Assembly (NCBI RefSeq): GCF_018398935.1 | Contig: NZ_CP074694.1 | Location: 3,360,001-3,392,000, forward strand | Reading direction: 5' to 3' | Source of the DNA: Telmatocola sphagniphila | Lineage (GTDB): Bacteria; Planctomycetota; Planctomycetia; Gemmatales; Gemmataceae | DNA length: 32,000 nucleotides | Part shown: positions 7,092 to 14,788 of the stretch, piece after piece | How positions within the stretch are numbered: the stretch's first letter is position 1 | Layout: each line of letters begins with the position of its first letter | Position numbers and translations under genes: made by a program | The notes under the pieces: model-generated | What the model saw: the letters and a program-made list of their open reading frames with translations, nothing else | What the model was told of the DNA's origin: nothing | Databases searched by the model: none

Positions 7092-8855
7092 TTATGAGAG
7101 TTCTACATTCGCACCCGGCCGGAGATCGCGAATCTCTAGTTCTATTTTACTCATCCCGTTCCAGGTATTGATTTTAGGCTCGAAAACCAAACAGCAATCG
7201 CCCCCCGCCGACATCAATTCTTCAATTCGATCGGCCATTCCCCAGCCGACAGCTCGCATTTTGGTATTGCCTTGCTGAACGAAGAGATTCAGGTGCGTGC
7301 CCGTCTGGCCCATTTTTTTTGGTTCGCCGACAATCTTGATACCCCCCGCCAGAAATCGGGGCTTGCTATTCTGGCTACCGAACGGCTCGAGTTTATCTAA
7401 ATCCCTGAGAAGTTGCGGAGTCAGTGAGGAGAGGGGCACTTCTGCATCAATGTTCAGTCGAGGAGCAGGCGGTACCCCTTGTGGAAAATGCTCTCCGGCA
7501 TAATCCGTGAATCTCTTTCGAAAATCCTCAATCTTTTTCGGCTCGATTTTCAGCCCCACAGCCATGGCATGTCCGCCGTGCGCGACCAGATCGACTTCGC
7601 AAGCTTTCAAAGCCTTATGAAGTTCAAACCCGGGGATAGATCGCCCGGAACCAGTAGCCAGAGGCTGTCCCTCTTTAATGGCAATCATCAAGGAGGGCCG
7701 TCCGATATGCTCCACTATCCGGCTGGCCACAATCCCGATGACACCCGGGTGCCACTCCGCATGGGCTAACACGGCCGCGGGAAAGTGAGCCAGGTCCACC
7801 TCGGCCAGCATCTCCTTGGCATGCTGAGTGATCTTCTTTTCCAGCGTTTGCCGCTGATGATTCTGCGATTCCAGAAAGGCTGCGACTTCGTGCGCTTTGA
7901 TCGGTACGTCCGTTGTCAACATCTCGACTACCAGCCGGGCACACCCTAATCGCCCGGCCGCGTTCATTCGCGGGGCGAGCTTGAAGGCGACTTCCTCAGC
8001 TTTGAAATTCGGCTCTTTATCTTTATTGGCGCTATCGATTAATGCTTTCAATCCGAGAAAAGGCTTGTCCTTCATGCGGATCAGGCCATGTTTCACCAGA
8101 ATTCGGTTTTCGTCGAGTAGCGGAACCACATCGGCAATCAATCCCAATGTTGCCAGCAACACCGCATCCAGAAGAAATTCTCGCAATTCGGCCGAGACCC
8201 GTTCTCCGCCGGAAACCTTCTTGGCCAGCGCCCAGGCAAGTTTGAAGGCGACACCTGCCCCGGAGAGGCCGTCGAAAGGGTAGTGAGTATCGGGCAATCG
8301 AGGATGAACCAGTACATCCGCGGAGGGAAGTACACTTTTCATCTCGTGATGATCGGTGATGATCAATTTCAGGCCGAGCTTTCGGGCCGTTTCGGCTTCC
8401 TGGATGCTGGCAATTCCGCAGTCGACCGTCACCACCAGTTTGCAGCCATCTTCGGCGATTTTTTGCAGCGCCCCTTCATTAAGTCCATAACCTTCTTCCA
8501 GCCGATGCGGAACGTGGAACTGAACGGGAGTCTTCAGAATTGTCAGTAGACGGTACAGGATGGAAGTACCTGTCACACCGTCCACATCGTAGTCGCCATA
8601 GATGCAGATTTTATGTTTCTTTTCGATGGTCTCATAAAGCAGTTCAACGGCTTCGGGTACTCCGGGAAGAGATTCGGGGGCATGCAGGCCATTTAGAGGA
8701 GCGTCCAGAAATCTACGCACTTCCGCTGGCTGGCGGACGCCTCGGTTGAAAAGGATTTGGGCCACCACGGCTGGAACATTCGCTTCCCGAGCGAGAAATT
8801 GGACTTTCTCAGCATCGAATTGATGAAGGTGCCATATTTTGCGAACTACGGACAA
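7092..8855 (-). CDS. recJ: Single-stranded-DNA-specific 5'-3' exonuclease RecJ
   Basis: The 587-aa product carries DHH-family motifs (IYGDYDVDGVTG, VTVDCG, ITDHHE) followed by a DHHA1 region (GGHAMAVG). It uses a TTG start with a GGGAGA RBS 5 nt upstream. Confidence 0.93.
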   Translation of the reverse strand: MSVVRKIWHLHQFDAEKVQFLAREANVPAVVAQILFNRGVRQPAEVRRFLDAPLNGLHAPESLPGVPEAVELLYETIEKKHKICIYGDYDVDGVTGTSILYRLLTILKTPVQFHVPHRLEEGYGLNEGALQKIAEDGCKLVVTVDCGIASIQEAETARKLGLKLIITDHHEMKSVLPSADVLVHPRLPDTHYPFDGLSGAGVAFKLAWALAKKVSGGERVSAELREFLLDAVLLATLGLIADVVPLLDENRILVKHGLIRMKDKPFLGLKALIDSANKDKEPNFKAEEVAFKLAPRMNAAGRLGCARLVVEMLTTDVPIKAHEVAAFLESQNHQRQTLEKKITQHAKEMLAEVDLAHFPAAVLAHAEWHPGVIGIVASRIVEHIGRPSLMIAIKEGQPLATGSGRSIPGFELHKALKACEVDLVAHGGHAMAVGLKIEPKKIEDFRKRFTDYAGEHFPQGVPPAPRLNIDAEVPLSSLTPQLLRDLDKLEPFGSQNSKPRFLAGGIKIVGEPKKMGQTGTHLNLFVQQGNTKMRAVGWGMADRIEELMSAGGDCCLVFEPKINTWNGMSKIELEIRDLRPGANVELS

Positions 8856-9134
8856 AATGTTCTCCCAAACATGCTGATTGTCAGCATAGCTTTTTTGTGT
8901 GAAATTTCAGTAGGCCTTACAACCGTCTCAACTTATCCACTTTAACCGACGCTTACGGTGTAGAAATGTACGATTCGACAACATCGCTAAAACCAGACTA
9001 TTTTCACCCCCCATATCACCCGATTAACCGAAATACCACTTATTATCCATTTTAGGTAGACGATAGGAATTCCATGATTAATTAGTACGACGCGCAATCG
9101 GGTGCGTTGAGCCAATCCTCGAAAGGAATTCCCA

Positions 9135-10040
9135 ATGCGTATATCGATTCAGAGCCGGATTAGCCTGGCCAGCGTGGCGCTTCTCTGGCTCGTCGGTTGT
9201 GCCCACCAGCAGTCTTCCTGCACCAGCTGCCAGACCGCTAACAAGGTAGCCTCCTCAACCAAAGCGAGCCCTTGCACTAGCTGTGCAAACAATACCGCGA
9301 CCAGCGCGTCGGTCCCCGTTTGGAACGTCGTTCGCGACAACCAGGGTGGCAAGAACAGTTTCGTGGCCGTAAGCACCGAAACGAGTGCCCCAGCCAAAGC
9401 TCCAACTGCCTCGCCCGCCACTACTTCCACTGTCAAGAAGGAGCCGGCTCCTTTGACGAGTGCGGTCATTAACGTTCCCCTACTCCCCGTGCCCGATCAA
9501 TCCAAACAGTCCGTCTCCTTGAAGGTGGCTGTAACTCCCAGCCCCTATAACCAGGCTCCGGCTGCTTCGATTCCAGCCGAAACCGTCAGCTTGAACATGG
9601 ATCTGAAGATCCCCGAGCAGAAAATCGACGTTAAATCCGAAGCTAAGGCTCCCTCGTTGGAAGAACCCAAGGTCTTAACTCCGGTTAATCCGAATCTTAA
9701 GCCGGGCATCAGGGAAATCGTTCGCGAGAATGTTCAGAAGACCTACGCTCACGGCGATGACTATACCTGGGTTATGGGTGAACTGGAATACCTCAATGCC
9801 AAGAAAGTCTGGCGCGTTCGCTACGCCCGATATGATCAGGATGATAAATTCGGAGGCTGCTTCACTATTGTGGGTTGCGAAGAGAAACTCCAGCGGTTCG
9901 TGAATGGCGATATGGTTAAGATCGAAGGCTTCGTTGTCGATGCCGAAACTCAGAGTATCGCACCCGAATACAAAGTGACCGAAATTGTGCCTCTGGTCAC
10001 TCGGGAAGTGGTCGATGTGAAAGTCGAAGAGAAGAAATAA
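9135..10040 (+). CDS. Hypothetical lipoprotein with Ser/Thr/Ala/Pro-rich linker and globular C-terminal domain
   Basis: The RBS AAAGGA lies 7 nt before the ATG. The signal peptide ends in the lipobox LVGC. Two CTSC motifs follow the lipidated Cys. A low-complexity linker covers aa ~35-190, then a roughly 100-aa ordered C-terminus follows. Confidence 0.6.
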   Translation: MRISIQSRISLASVALLWLVGCAHQQSSCTSCQTANKVASSTKASPCTSCANNTATSASVPVWNVVRDNQGGKNSFVAVSTETSAPAKAPTASPATTSTVKKEPAPLTSAVINVPLLPVPDQSKQSVSLKVAVTPSPYNQAPAASIPAETVSLNMDLKIPEQKIDVKSEAKAPSLEEPKVLTPVNPNLKPGIREIVRENVQKTYAHGDDYTWVMGELEYLNAKKVWRVRYARYDQDDKFGGCFTIVGCEEKLQRFVNGDMVKIEGFVVDAETQSIAPEYKVTEIVPLVTREVVDVKVEEKK

Positions 10041-10073
10041 CCCGACTTCACAAAAAATCGTCAGCGACTCGAG

Positions 10074-10092
10074 GCCCTCTGCAAAAGAGGGC
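10074..10092. terminator. Hairpin between convergent lipoprotein and dehydrogenase genes (possible terminator)
   Basis: GCCCTCT (10074-10080) pairs with AGAGGGC (10086-10092) around a 5-nt loop. It is followed only by a weak T-rich tract (cattttcgttt). Confidence 0.35.
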
Positions 10093-10108
10093 ATCGTCAT
10101 TTTCGTTT

Positions 10109-11137
10109 CTATCCCTCTACCGCGACTATGGCTTTAATCACACCTGTCTCTGGTTTGAGCCAGCTCGGGAAGACGCCTATCATTTCGCTCAACCCGGCAT
10201 GATGAGTGATCCAGGGCTTCGTATTGATCTTCCCTTCCTCAATGAGCCGTATGATATTGCCGAAGTCCTGCGGTAAGGCATTCCGGCTGGCAAGCAAAGT
10301 CATTTCCCGGCGATGCATCAGCGGATGAAGGAAAGAGATCTCCTGGGTCGTGATGCCCACGAAAACCAACTTCCCGGCGAAGGCCACATAGTTCAGCGCA
10401 TTCGACATGCTCTTGTTGTTACCCGTCGCATCGATAACCACTTCCGCCAGATGCCCGTTGGTAAGAGATTGCAGAGCTTTAACATCTTCCTCCGTTCCCT
10501 TGGAAAGAATAGTATCCTTCACGCCCATGGTCGATTTGCAGAATTCGAGTCGCTTTTCATTCATGTCGAGCATGATCGGTCGGCTTCCCGCCAACTTAAC
10601 GAATTCCAAAGTCGCCAGCCCAATCGGACCGGCTCCGATGATCAGAACATTTAAGCCAGGTTTGCAATCACCCCGATAGGCCGCATGACAGCCTATTGCC
10701 AGCGTTTCCACCAGGGCCAATTGCTCCCAGGAGAGGGATTTAGCGACATGTAATTTTCGAGCCGGAACGATAAAACGGGGCCGCATCCCTCCATCGGTGT
10801 GCACGCCCAGGACCTGCAGGTTTTCGCAGCAGTTCGGATGGCCATTGCGGCTGGCATAACTGTTGGGGTCGTTGATGTAGGGCTCGATGGAACAGCGATC
10901 GCCCACCATCACATTCTTCACTTCACTGCCGACATCCAGCACTTCCACGCCCAATTCATGCCCCGGTATTCGCGGATAGCTATAGAAAGGCATTTTCCCC
11001 TGATAGCCGGAATAGTCCGTGCCACAAATACCGATCCGGTGGACTTGTACCAGAGCTTCTCCCGCGGCAGGTTTGCCAGGCTCAGGGATCTCTATAGTCC
11101 GGAATTCAAAGGGTTTTTCGAGTTGAATTGCTTTCAT
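10109..11137 (-). CDS. Zinc-dependent medium-chain alcohol/polyol dehydrogenase (MDR family)
   Basis: GICGTDYS, GHELGVEVLDVGSEV and the Rossmann motif LIIGAGPIGL are present. The track starts at TTG 11170. I prefer ATG 11137 (MKAIQLEKP...), a typical MDR N-terminus. Confidence 0.85.
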   Translation of the reverse strand: MKAIQLEKPFEFRTIEIPEPGKPAAGEALVQVHRIGICGTDYSGYQGKMPFYSYPRIPGHELGVEVLDVGSEVKNVMVGDRCSIEPYINDPNSYASRNGHPNCCENLQVLGVHTDGGMRPRFIVPARKLHVAKSLSWEQLALVETLAIGCHAAYRGDCKPGLNVLIIGAGPIGLATLEFVKLAGSRPIMLDMNEKRLEFCKSTMGVKDTILSKGTEEDVKALQSLTNGHLAEVVIDATGNNKSMSNALNYVAFAGKLVFVGITTQEISFLHPLMHRREMTLLASRNALPQDFGNIIRLIEEGKINTKPWITHHAGLSEMIGVFPSWLKPETGVIKAIVAVEG

Positions 11138-11203
11138 GAATTTGCCAGCTCCAATTTTAGGTATCCTCAATTCTGCGAAATGTAACGACTTTCGAAAAGG
11201 CTA

Positions 11204-11253
11204 TTGACAGACTCCTACAATCTGTCGTAGTATGCTTACTACACGACGTAGGA
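11204..11253 (+). promoter_or_regulatory. Candidate sigma70-type promoter with nested dyad operator upstream of the BlaI-family gene
   Basis: TTGACA (11204-11209) is separated by 18 nt from TAGTAT (11228-11233). Dyads overlap the promoter: TCCTACA-N7-GTAGTA (11213-11232), TACTACA-N4-GTAGGA (11237-11253), and a central GTAGTA-tgct-TACTAC. Confidence 0.4.
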
Positions 11254-11268
11254 ACACTGGAGTCAGCG

Positions 11269-11679
11269 ATGGCGGATAACCGACCCGATCTCAGCGACAC
11301 GGAAAGAGATGTCTTAAAAGCGCTTTGGGAACATGGCCCCTGCCCCGTGCGAAAACTTCTGGAAGTTTTCCAGGATCAGGGCCGACTATGGGCCTACACC
11401 ACCTTGCAAACGCTTTTAACTCGTTTAACAGGCAAGGGTTATGCGCGCAGCGAGAAGAGCGGCACAGCCTTAAATTACGAAGCCACCCTGTCCAAGGAGG
11501 AATTTCTTCAGGATCGACTCACGGCCTTGGCAGACGACGTCTGCGACGGCACCAGTTCTCCTCTGATGCTCGCTTTGGTAGAAGGCGGAAAGCTCTCAGC
11601 CCAGGAAATAGAGCAGCTTCGAGCGATGTTAGATCATCTGGAAGAAGAAGGCAAAAAACCGCAAAAGGGGGATCGTTAA
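11269..11679 (+). CDS. BlaI/MecI/CopY-family winged-helix transcriptional repressor
   Basis: The 136-aa product has an N-terminus (LSDTERDVLKALWEHGPCPVRKLLE...WAYTTLQTLLTRLTGKGY) that fits the Penicillinase_R fold pattern. Its stop lies 1 nt before the M56 gene's ATG. Confidence 0.88.
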   Translation: MADNRPDLSDTERDVLKALWEHGPCPVRKLLEVFQDQGRLWAYTTLQTLLTRLTGKGYARSEKSGTALNYEATLSKEEFLQDRLTALADDVCDGTSSPLMLALVEGGKLSAQEIEQLRAMLDHLEEEGKKPQKGDR

Positions 11680-11680
11680 C

Positions 11681-14600
11681 ATGGTTACCTGGCTTTTAGC
11701 GAATACCCTCGTGGTTTTGCCCTTTGTGCTGCTGCTCTTGCTCGCTCAGAAATTCATATCCGCACGCCCCGGCGTCTGGAACATTCTCTGGGTTCTGGTT
11801 CTGGTTCGACTGGTGCTTCCCCCGGTCGTCGAATGGCCCTGGCAACTGAAATTCTTCCAAGAGCCGGAGAAAATGGCTATTGCAGAAGTCGATGAAGAAA
11901 CCCGGATGAAGCAGCTTTTGACTCTGGCCACTCTTCAGATGTCGGAAGTTCCACTGGAAGAAGAGGCCGCCCCAGAAGTATTGCCGGAGGAACCTTGGAA
12001 CTGGCTCTTCTGGCTCCCAGTCCTTTGGGCGGTCGGAGCGAGCGTCGTCTTCGCTCGAGCCCTCCTCGGCATTATCAAGTTCCGGCGACTGGCTCGTCGG
12101 GGAATCCCGGCTAACGAGCACCTGCACAAGGATGTTCACAATGTCGCTCAGCGGATGCGTTGTCAGATGCCCGGAGTTCGGGTCCTGTCCGGACTGCTCT
12201 CTCCCTTAGTCTGGGTTTTCGGAAGACCAACCCTCTACTGGCCATTCGGGTTGGAAGCTCGCTTGAGTGAACTGGGTCGTCAGGCAGTTCTGACCCACGA
12301 ATTGGCCCATTTGAAGAGAAATGACCACTGGATTCGACGGCTGGAAATCGTGGCCGGTCTGCTGCACTGGTGGAATCCCATATTCTGGCTGATCCGCGCA
12401 CAAGTTCGAAGAACTTCAGAACTGGCGTGCGATTGGTGGGTAGTGAAAATGCAACCCGCGGCGAAGCGTTCGTACGCGGAGGCGTTGATTGAAGTGAGTC
12501 GGGGGCTGTCGCCCGCCTCTCCGGTACCTGCGTTGGGTATCCGCGGCGGTGGCAAGCGTGAACTCGAAAGGAGACTGGAAATGATTATGCGAAATACAGG
12601 TCGGAATCGCCGCAGTCGGCGAGCCATACTGGCCTTTGGAGCTGTGGGACTACTGGCATTACCCGGTTGGTCGTTCGGCCAGTCCGGCAAGGCCGAGACA
12701 AAAGCCGATGGCAAAGGCGAAGTGCTCACTATTCAACTCGATGGGACTCAGATTCTAGATGCCGTCGGGAATGAAGAAGTCGTCAAATTGATCGATTCTC
12801 TTTTTCAAAAGCCAGAGCAAGCTAAAAAAGCCAACGTCGATCTCAACAACGTGGATCTCGAGTTCCTAAGCAATCTCAGCGATTTAAGCAAACTCGGGCA
12901 GGCCACCTTGGAAGTCCAAACTCTGGATACGCTGAAGCGAGCTGGTGTCTCTGCCAACAAAAAAGTCGAAGGCAAAATTGGTGAAGATTTCATTCTGAAT
13001 CTGATTCCAGCCGGTACGCTGCTAGGTGAAGGCAAAATTGGTGAAGATTGGATTCTGAATTTCGTTCAACAAGACGGTAAGGCCACTCCAGCAAAACAGG
13101 AACCTGGACGGGACATCCAGGCACAGACGTTTCGAATCGACGATAACACGAAAAATCAGGCCGAGTTGGAAAAGAAGCGAGCCGAACTCGCCAAGCAACT
13201 GGCCGAATTGGTGAAGGAACAGGAAAAAGCTTTATCGCAAATCAAGCGGGACGAAGCTGCCCGACTGAAAGCCGCGCAGGCTGCCGGGCAGGCTCAATTG
13301 CAGTTCAAAGTCGCCGATTTGGTCGAAAAAGCGGTGAGTCAAAAGTCGGACGATGCGAAAAAGAAAATTGAACGAGCTGTTCAAGGAGTTCAAATAAAGA
13401 TCGCCGACGATAAGTCCCGGGCTGCTACGATTAGCGGAAGCATTCAAGTGGATTCGGTCGGGTCGGATCAAATCATCGAAGCAATCCAGAAATTGATTGC
13501 CGAGAAAGAAAAGCAACTGGGTAAAGAGCATCCCGATACACAGGCGTTGAAAAAATACATTAAAGCCTTGAGCGCGGCCAAGGGAACCAAAACAAAGGAA
13601 CCCGCTGTGGAAGCCAAAGCCTTTGCTTTAACAGTAGATGGAAAAGTCAAACTGGACCCTAAAACAGTCGAATTAGCCGTAATCCAAGTCCAAGACGAAA
13701 AGAATCCCGTTGAGACTAAATCCGTAATCGTCTATTCAAGCGAGGATGGAAAAGTTGCGATCGCCGAGATGGGAAATGGCACCAGAATGCGTGGGCAGAA
13801 GATCGTCTTGCAGGGCGTCGATGGCAAATTCATGGTTACCCCACAGATGAATGCCGATGGCAAACCGACGATTGCCGTAATTAAAGATACGGTTAAGGGA
13901 AGCGATCAAGGGAAGCTGCAAAATGTCCAGCTGACCTTGGATCAGCCAAAGTCCGATATGGTACGAAACGTCAAAGTTACGGCAGACGCTTCCAATGTCG
14001 AAAAATTGGAACGAGCCACTTACCTGGTACCTGGCAAAGCGGCTCAAGTCGCCAAATTCATTCAGGACAACGTCAAAGCCAAAACGCTGGAGTTAAAGGT
14101 AGATGGTGATAAGATCGTCCTGACTACCGAGCCTTCCGTGCAGAAAATCATCGGGCAGTTCATCTCTCTGCTATTGCCTCAGGTCAAGCAGGTTCAGGCC
14201 CGTGTCCTGATCGATCCGACCAAGGCTGAACAACTTCACTTCGATACTCTGGGAATTCATTCGGAACCTCAGAGCAAAGAACTGAAGGGCCTGATAAAGG
14301 GTGATAACGTTCAGATAATCGTGGATGTAAATGGCTTGAAATTCAATACCGCTCAACTTAAGGACGCCATCAAATGGGCACCAGAAGCCAAATCGATTTT
14401 GGGCTTCTGGCTAGACGATGCTAATTCGGCCCCGGTCCCACCCACCAAGCCAATTAAGATTGAAGACCAGCCGAAACTTCTATGGAAAGTAGTTCCGGAC
14501 AATCAGAACAGTGAGGGCAAAGCCGAACCGGCTAAGGGTACCAAGCCCGCCCCGGCCACGAAGAATTATAAACCCAGAAGCGGTTTAACCCTAAGCGTGG

Positions 14601-14779
14601 ATGGCAAAGCAGATCAGGAATCGGGCAACAAAACGATTAACATCCAGATTCAGGAATTCGATGCGGAGAAGAATCCGGAAGTTCTGAAGAAACTTCTCAA
14701 AGACGGCTGGTCAATTCGTTACAACAAAGAAACGAAGATGACCACCGCCGAGAAGCGCGAAGAAAACAAAAGCAAATAA
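11681..14779 (+). CDS. BlaR1-like M56-family membrane metalloprotease/signal transducer with long uncharacterised C-terminal ectodomain
   Basis: Multi-pass N-terminus. The HEXXH motif is within THELAHLKRNDH (HELAH at nt 12296-12310). Downstream is an Arg-rich stop-transfer segment and a TM helix (RRSRRAILAFGAVGLLALPGW). About 700 aa of Lys/Glu/Gln-rich sequence follow, including a heptad-like stretch (AELEKKRAELAKQLAELVKEQEKAL). Confidence 0.85.
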   Translation: MVTWLLANTLVVLPFVLLLLLAQKFISARPGVWNILWVLVLVRLVLPPVVEWPWQLKFFQEPEKMAIAEVDEETRMKQLLTLATLQMSEVPLEEEAAPEVLPEEPWNWLFWLPVLWAVGASVVFARALLGIIKFRRLARRGIPANEHLHKDVHNVAQRMRCQMPGVRVLSGLLSPLVWVFGRPTLYWPFGLEARLSELGRQAVLTHELAHLKRNDHWIRRLEIVAGLLHWWNPIFWLIRAQVRRTSELACDWWVVKMQPAAKRSYAEALIEVSRGLSPASPVPALGIRGGGKRELERRLEMIMRNTGRNRRSRRAILAFGAVGLLALPGWSFGQSGKAETKADGKGEVLTIQLDGTQILDAVGNEEVVKLIDSLFQKPEQAKKANVDLNNVDLEFLSNLSDLSKLGQATLEVQTLDTLKRAGVSANKKVEGKIGEDFILNLIPAGTLLGEGKIGEDWILNFVQQDGKATPAKQEPGRDIQAQTFRIDDNTKNQAELEKKRAELAKQLAELVKEQEKALSQIKRDEAARLKAAQAAGQAQLQFKVADLVEKAVSQKSDDAKKKIERAVQGVQIKIADDKSRAATISGSIQVDSVGSDQIIEAIQKLIAEKEKQLGKEHPDTQALKKYIKALSAAKGTKTKEPAVEAKAFALTVDGKVKLDPKTVELAVIQVQDEKNPVETKSVIVYSSEDGKVAIAEMGNGTRMRGQKIVLQGVDGKFMVTPQMNADGKPTIAVIKDTVKGSDQGKLQNVQLTLDQPKSDMVRNVKVTADASNVEKLERATYLVPGKAAQVAKFIQDNVKAKTLELKVDGDKIVLTTEPSVQKIIGQFISLLLPQVKQVQARVLIDPTKAEQLHFDTLGIHSEPQSKELKGLIKGDNVQIIVDVNGLKFNTAQLKDAIKWAPEAKSILGFWLDDANSAPVPPTKPIKIEDQPKLLWKVVPDNQNSEGKAEPAKGTKPAPATKNYKPRSGLTLSVDGKADQESGNKTINIQIQEFDAEKNPEVLKKLLKDGWSIRYNKETKMTTAEKREENKSK
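12968..13060 (+). repeat. In-frame direct duplication inside the M56 gene (two 33-nt copies, 60-nt period)
   Basis: gaaggcaaaattggtgaagatttcattctgaat (12968-13000) and gaaggcaaaattggtgaagattggattctgaat (13028-13060) differ at 2 of 33 nt. They encode EGKIGEDFILN and EGKIGEDWILN. Confidence 0.9.
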
Positions 14780-14788
14780 TCGTATGGA

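Noticed and set aside
8871-8896. A plus-strand hairpin (ATGCTGA-ttg-TCAGCAT) followed by agc and a T6 run, just upstream of the recJ start.
   Set aside because: No plus-strand gene ends nearby. On the minus strand it sits in the recJ 5' leader next to the RBS, and the 7-bp AT-rich stem is weak. It is probably incidental leader structure. Only transcript mapping could show otherwise.
9066-9132. Two GGAATTCC palindromes (9066-9073 and 9125-9132) upstream of the lipoprotein gene, with a similar AAAGGAATTCC at about 4778-4787.
   Set aside because: The second copy is explained by the AAAGGA ribosome-binding site. An 8-mer recurring two or three times in 32 kb of this composition is not compelling without conservation data.
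12968-13060. Whether the direct repeats could be a CRISPR or minisatellite array.
   Set aside because: There are only two copies, in-frame inside a long ORF, with no further units and no cas genes. They are interpreted as an intragenic duplication (reported above).
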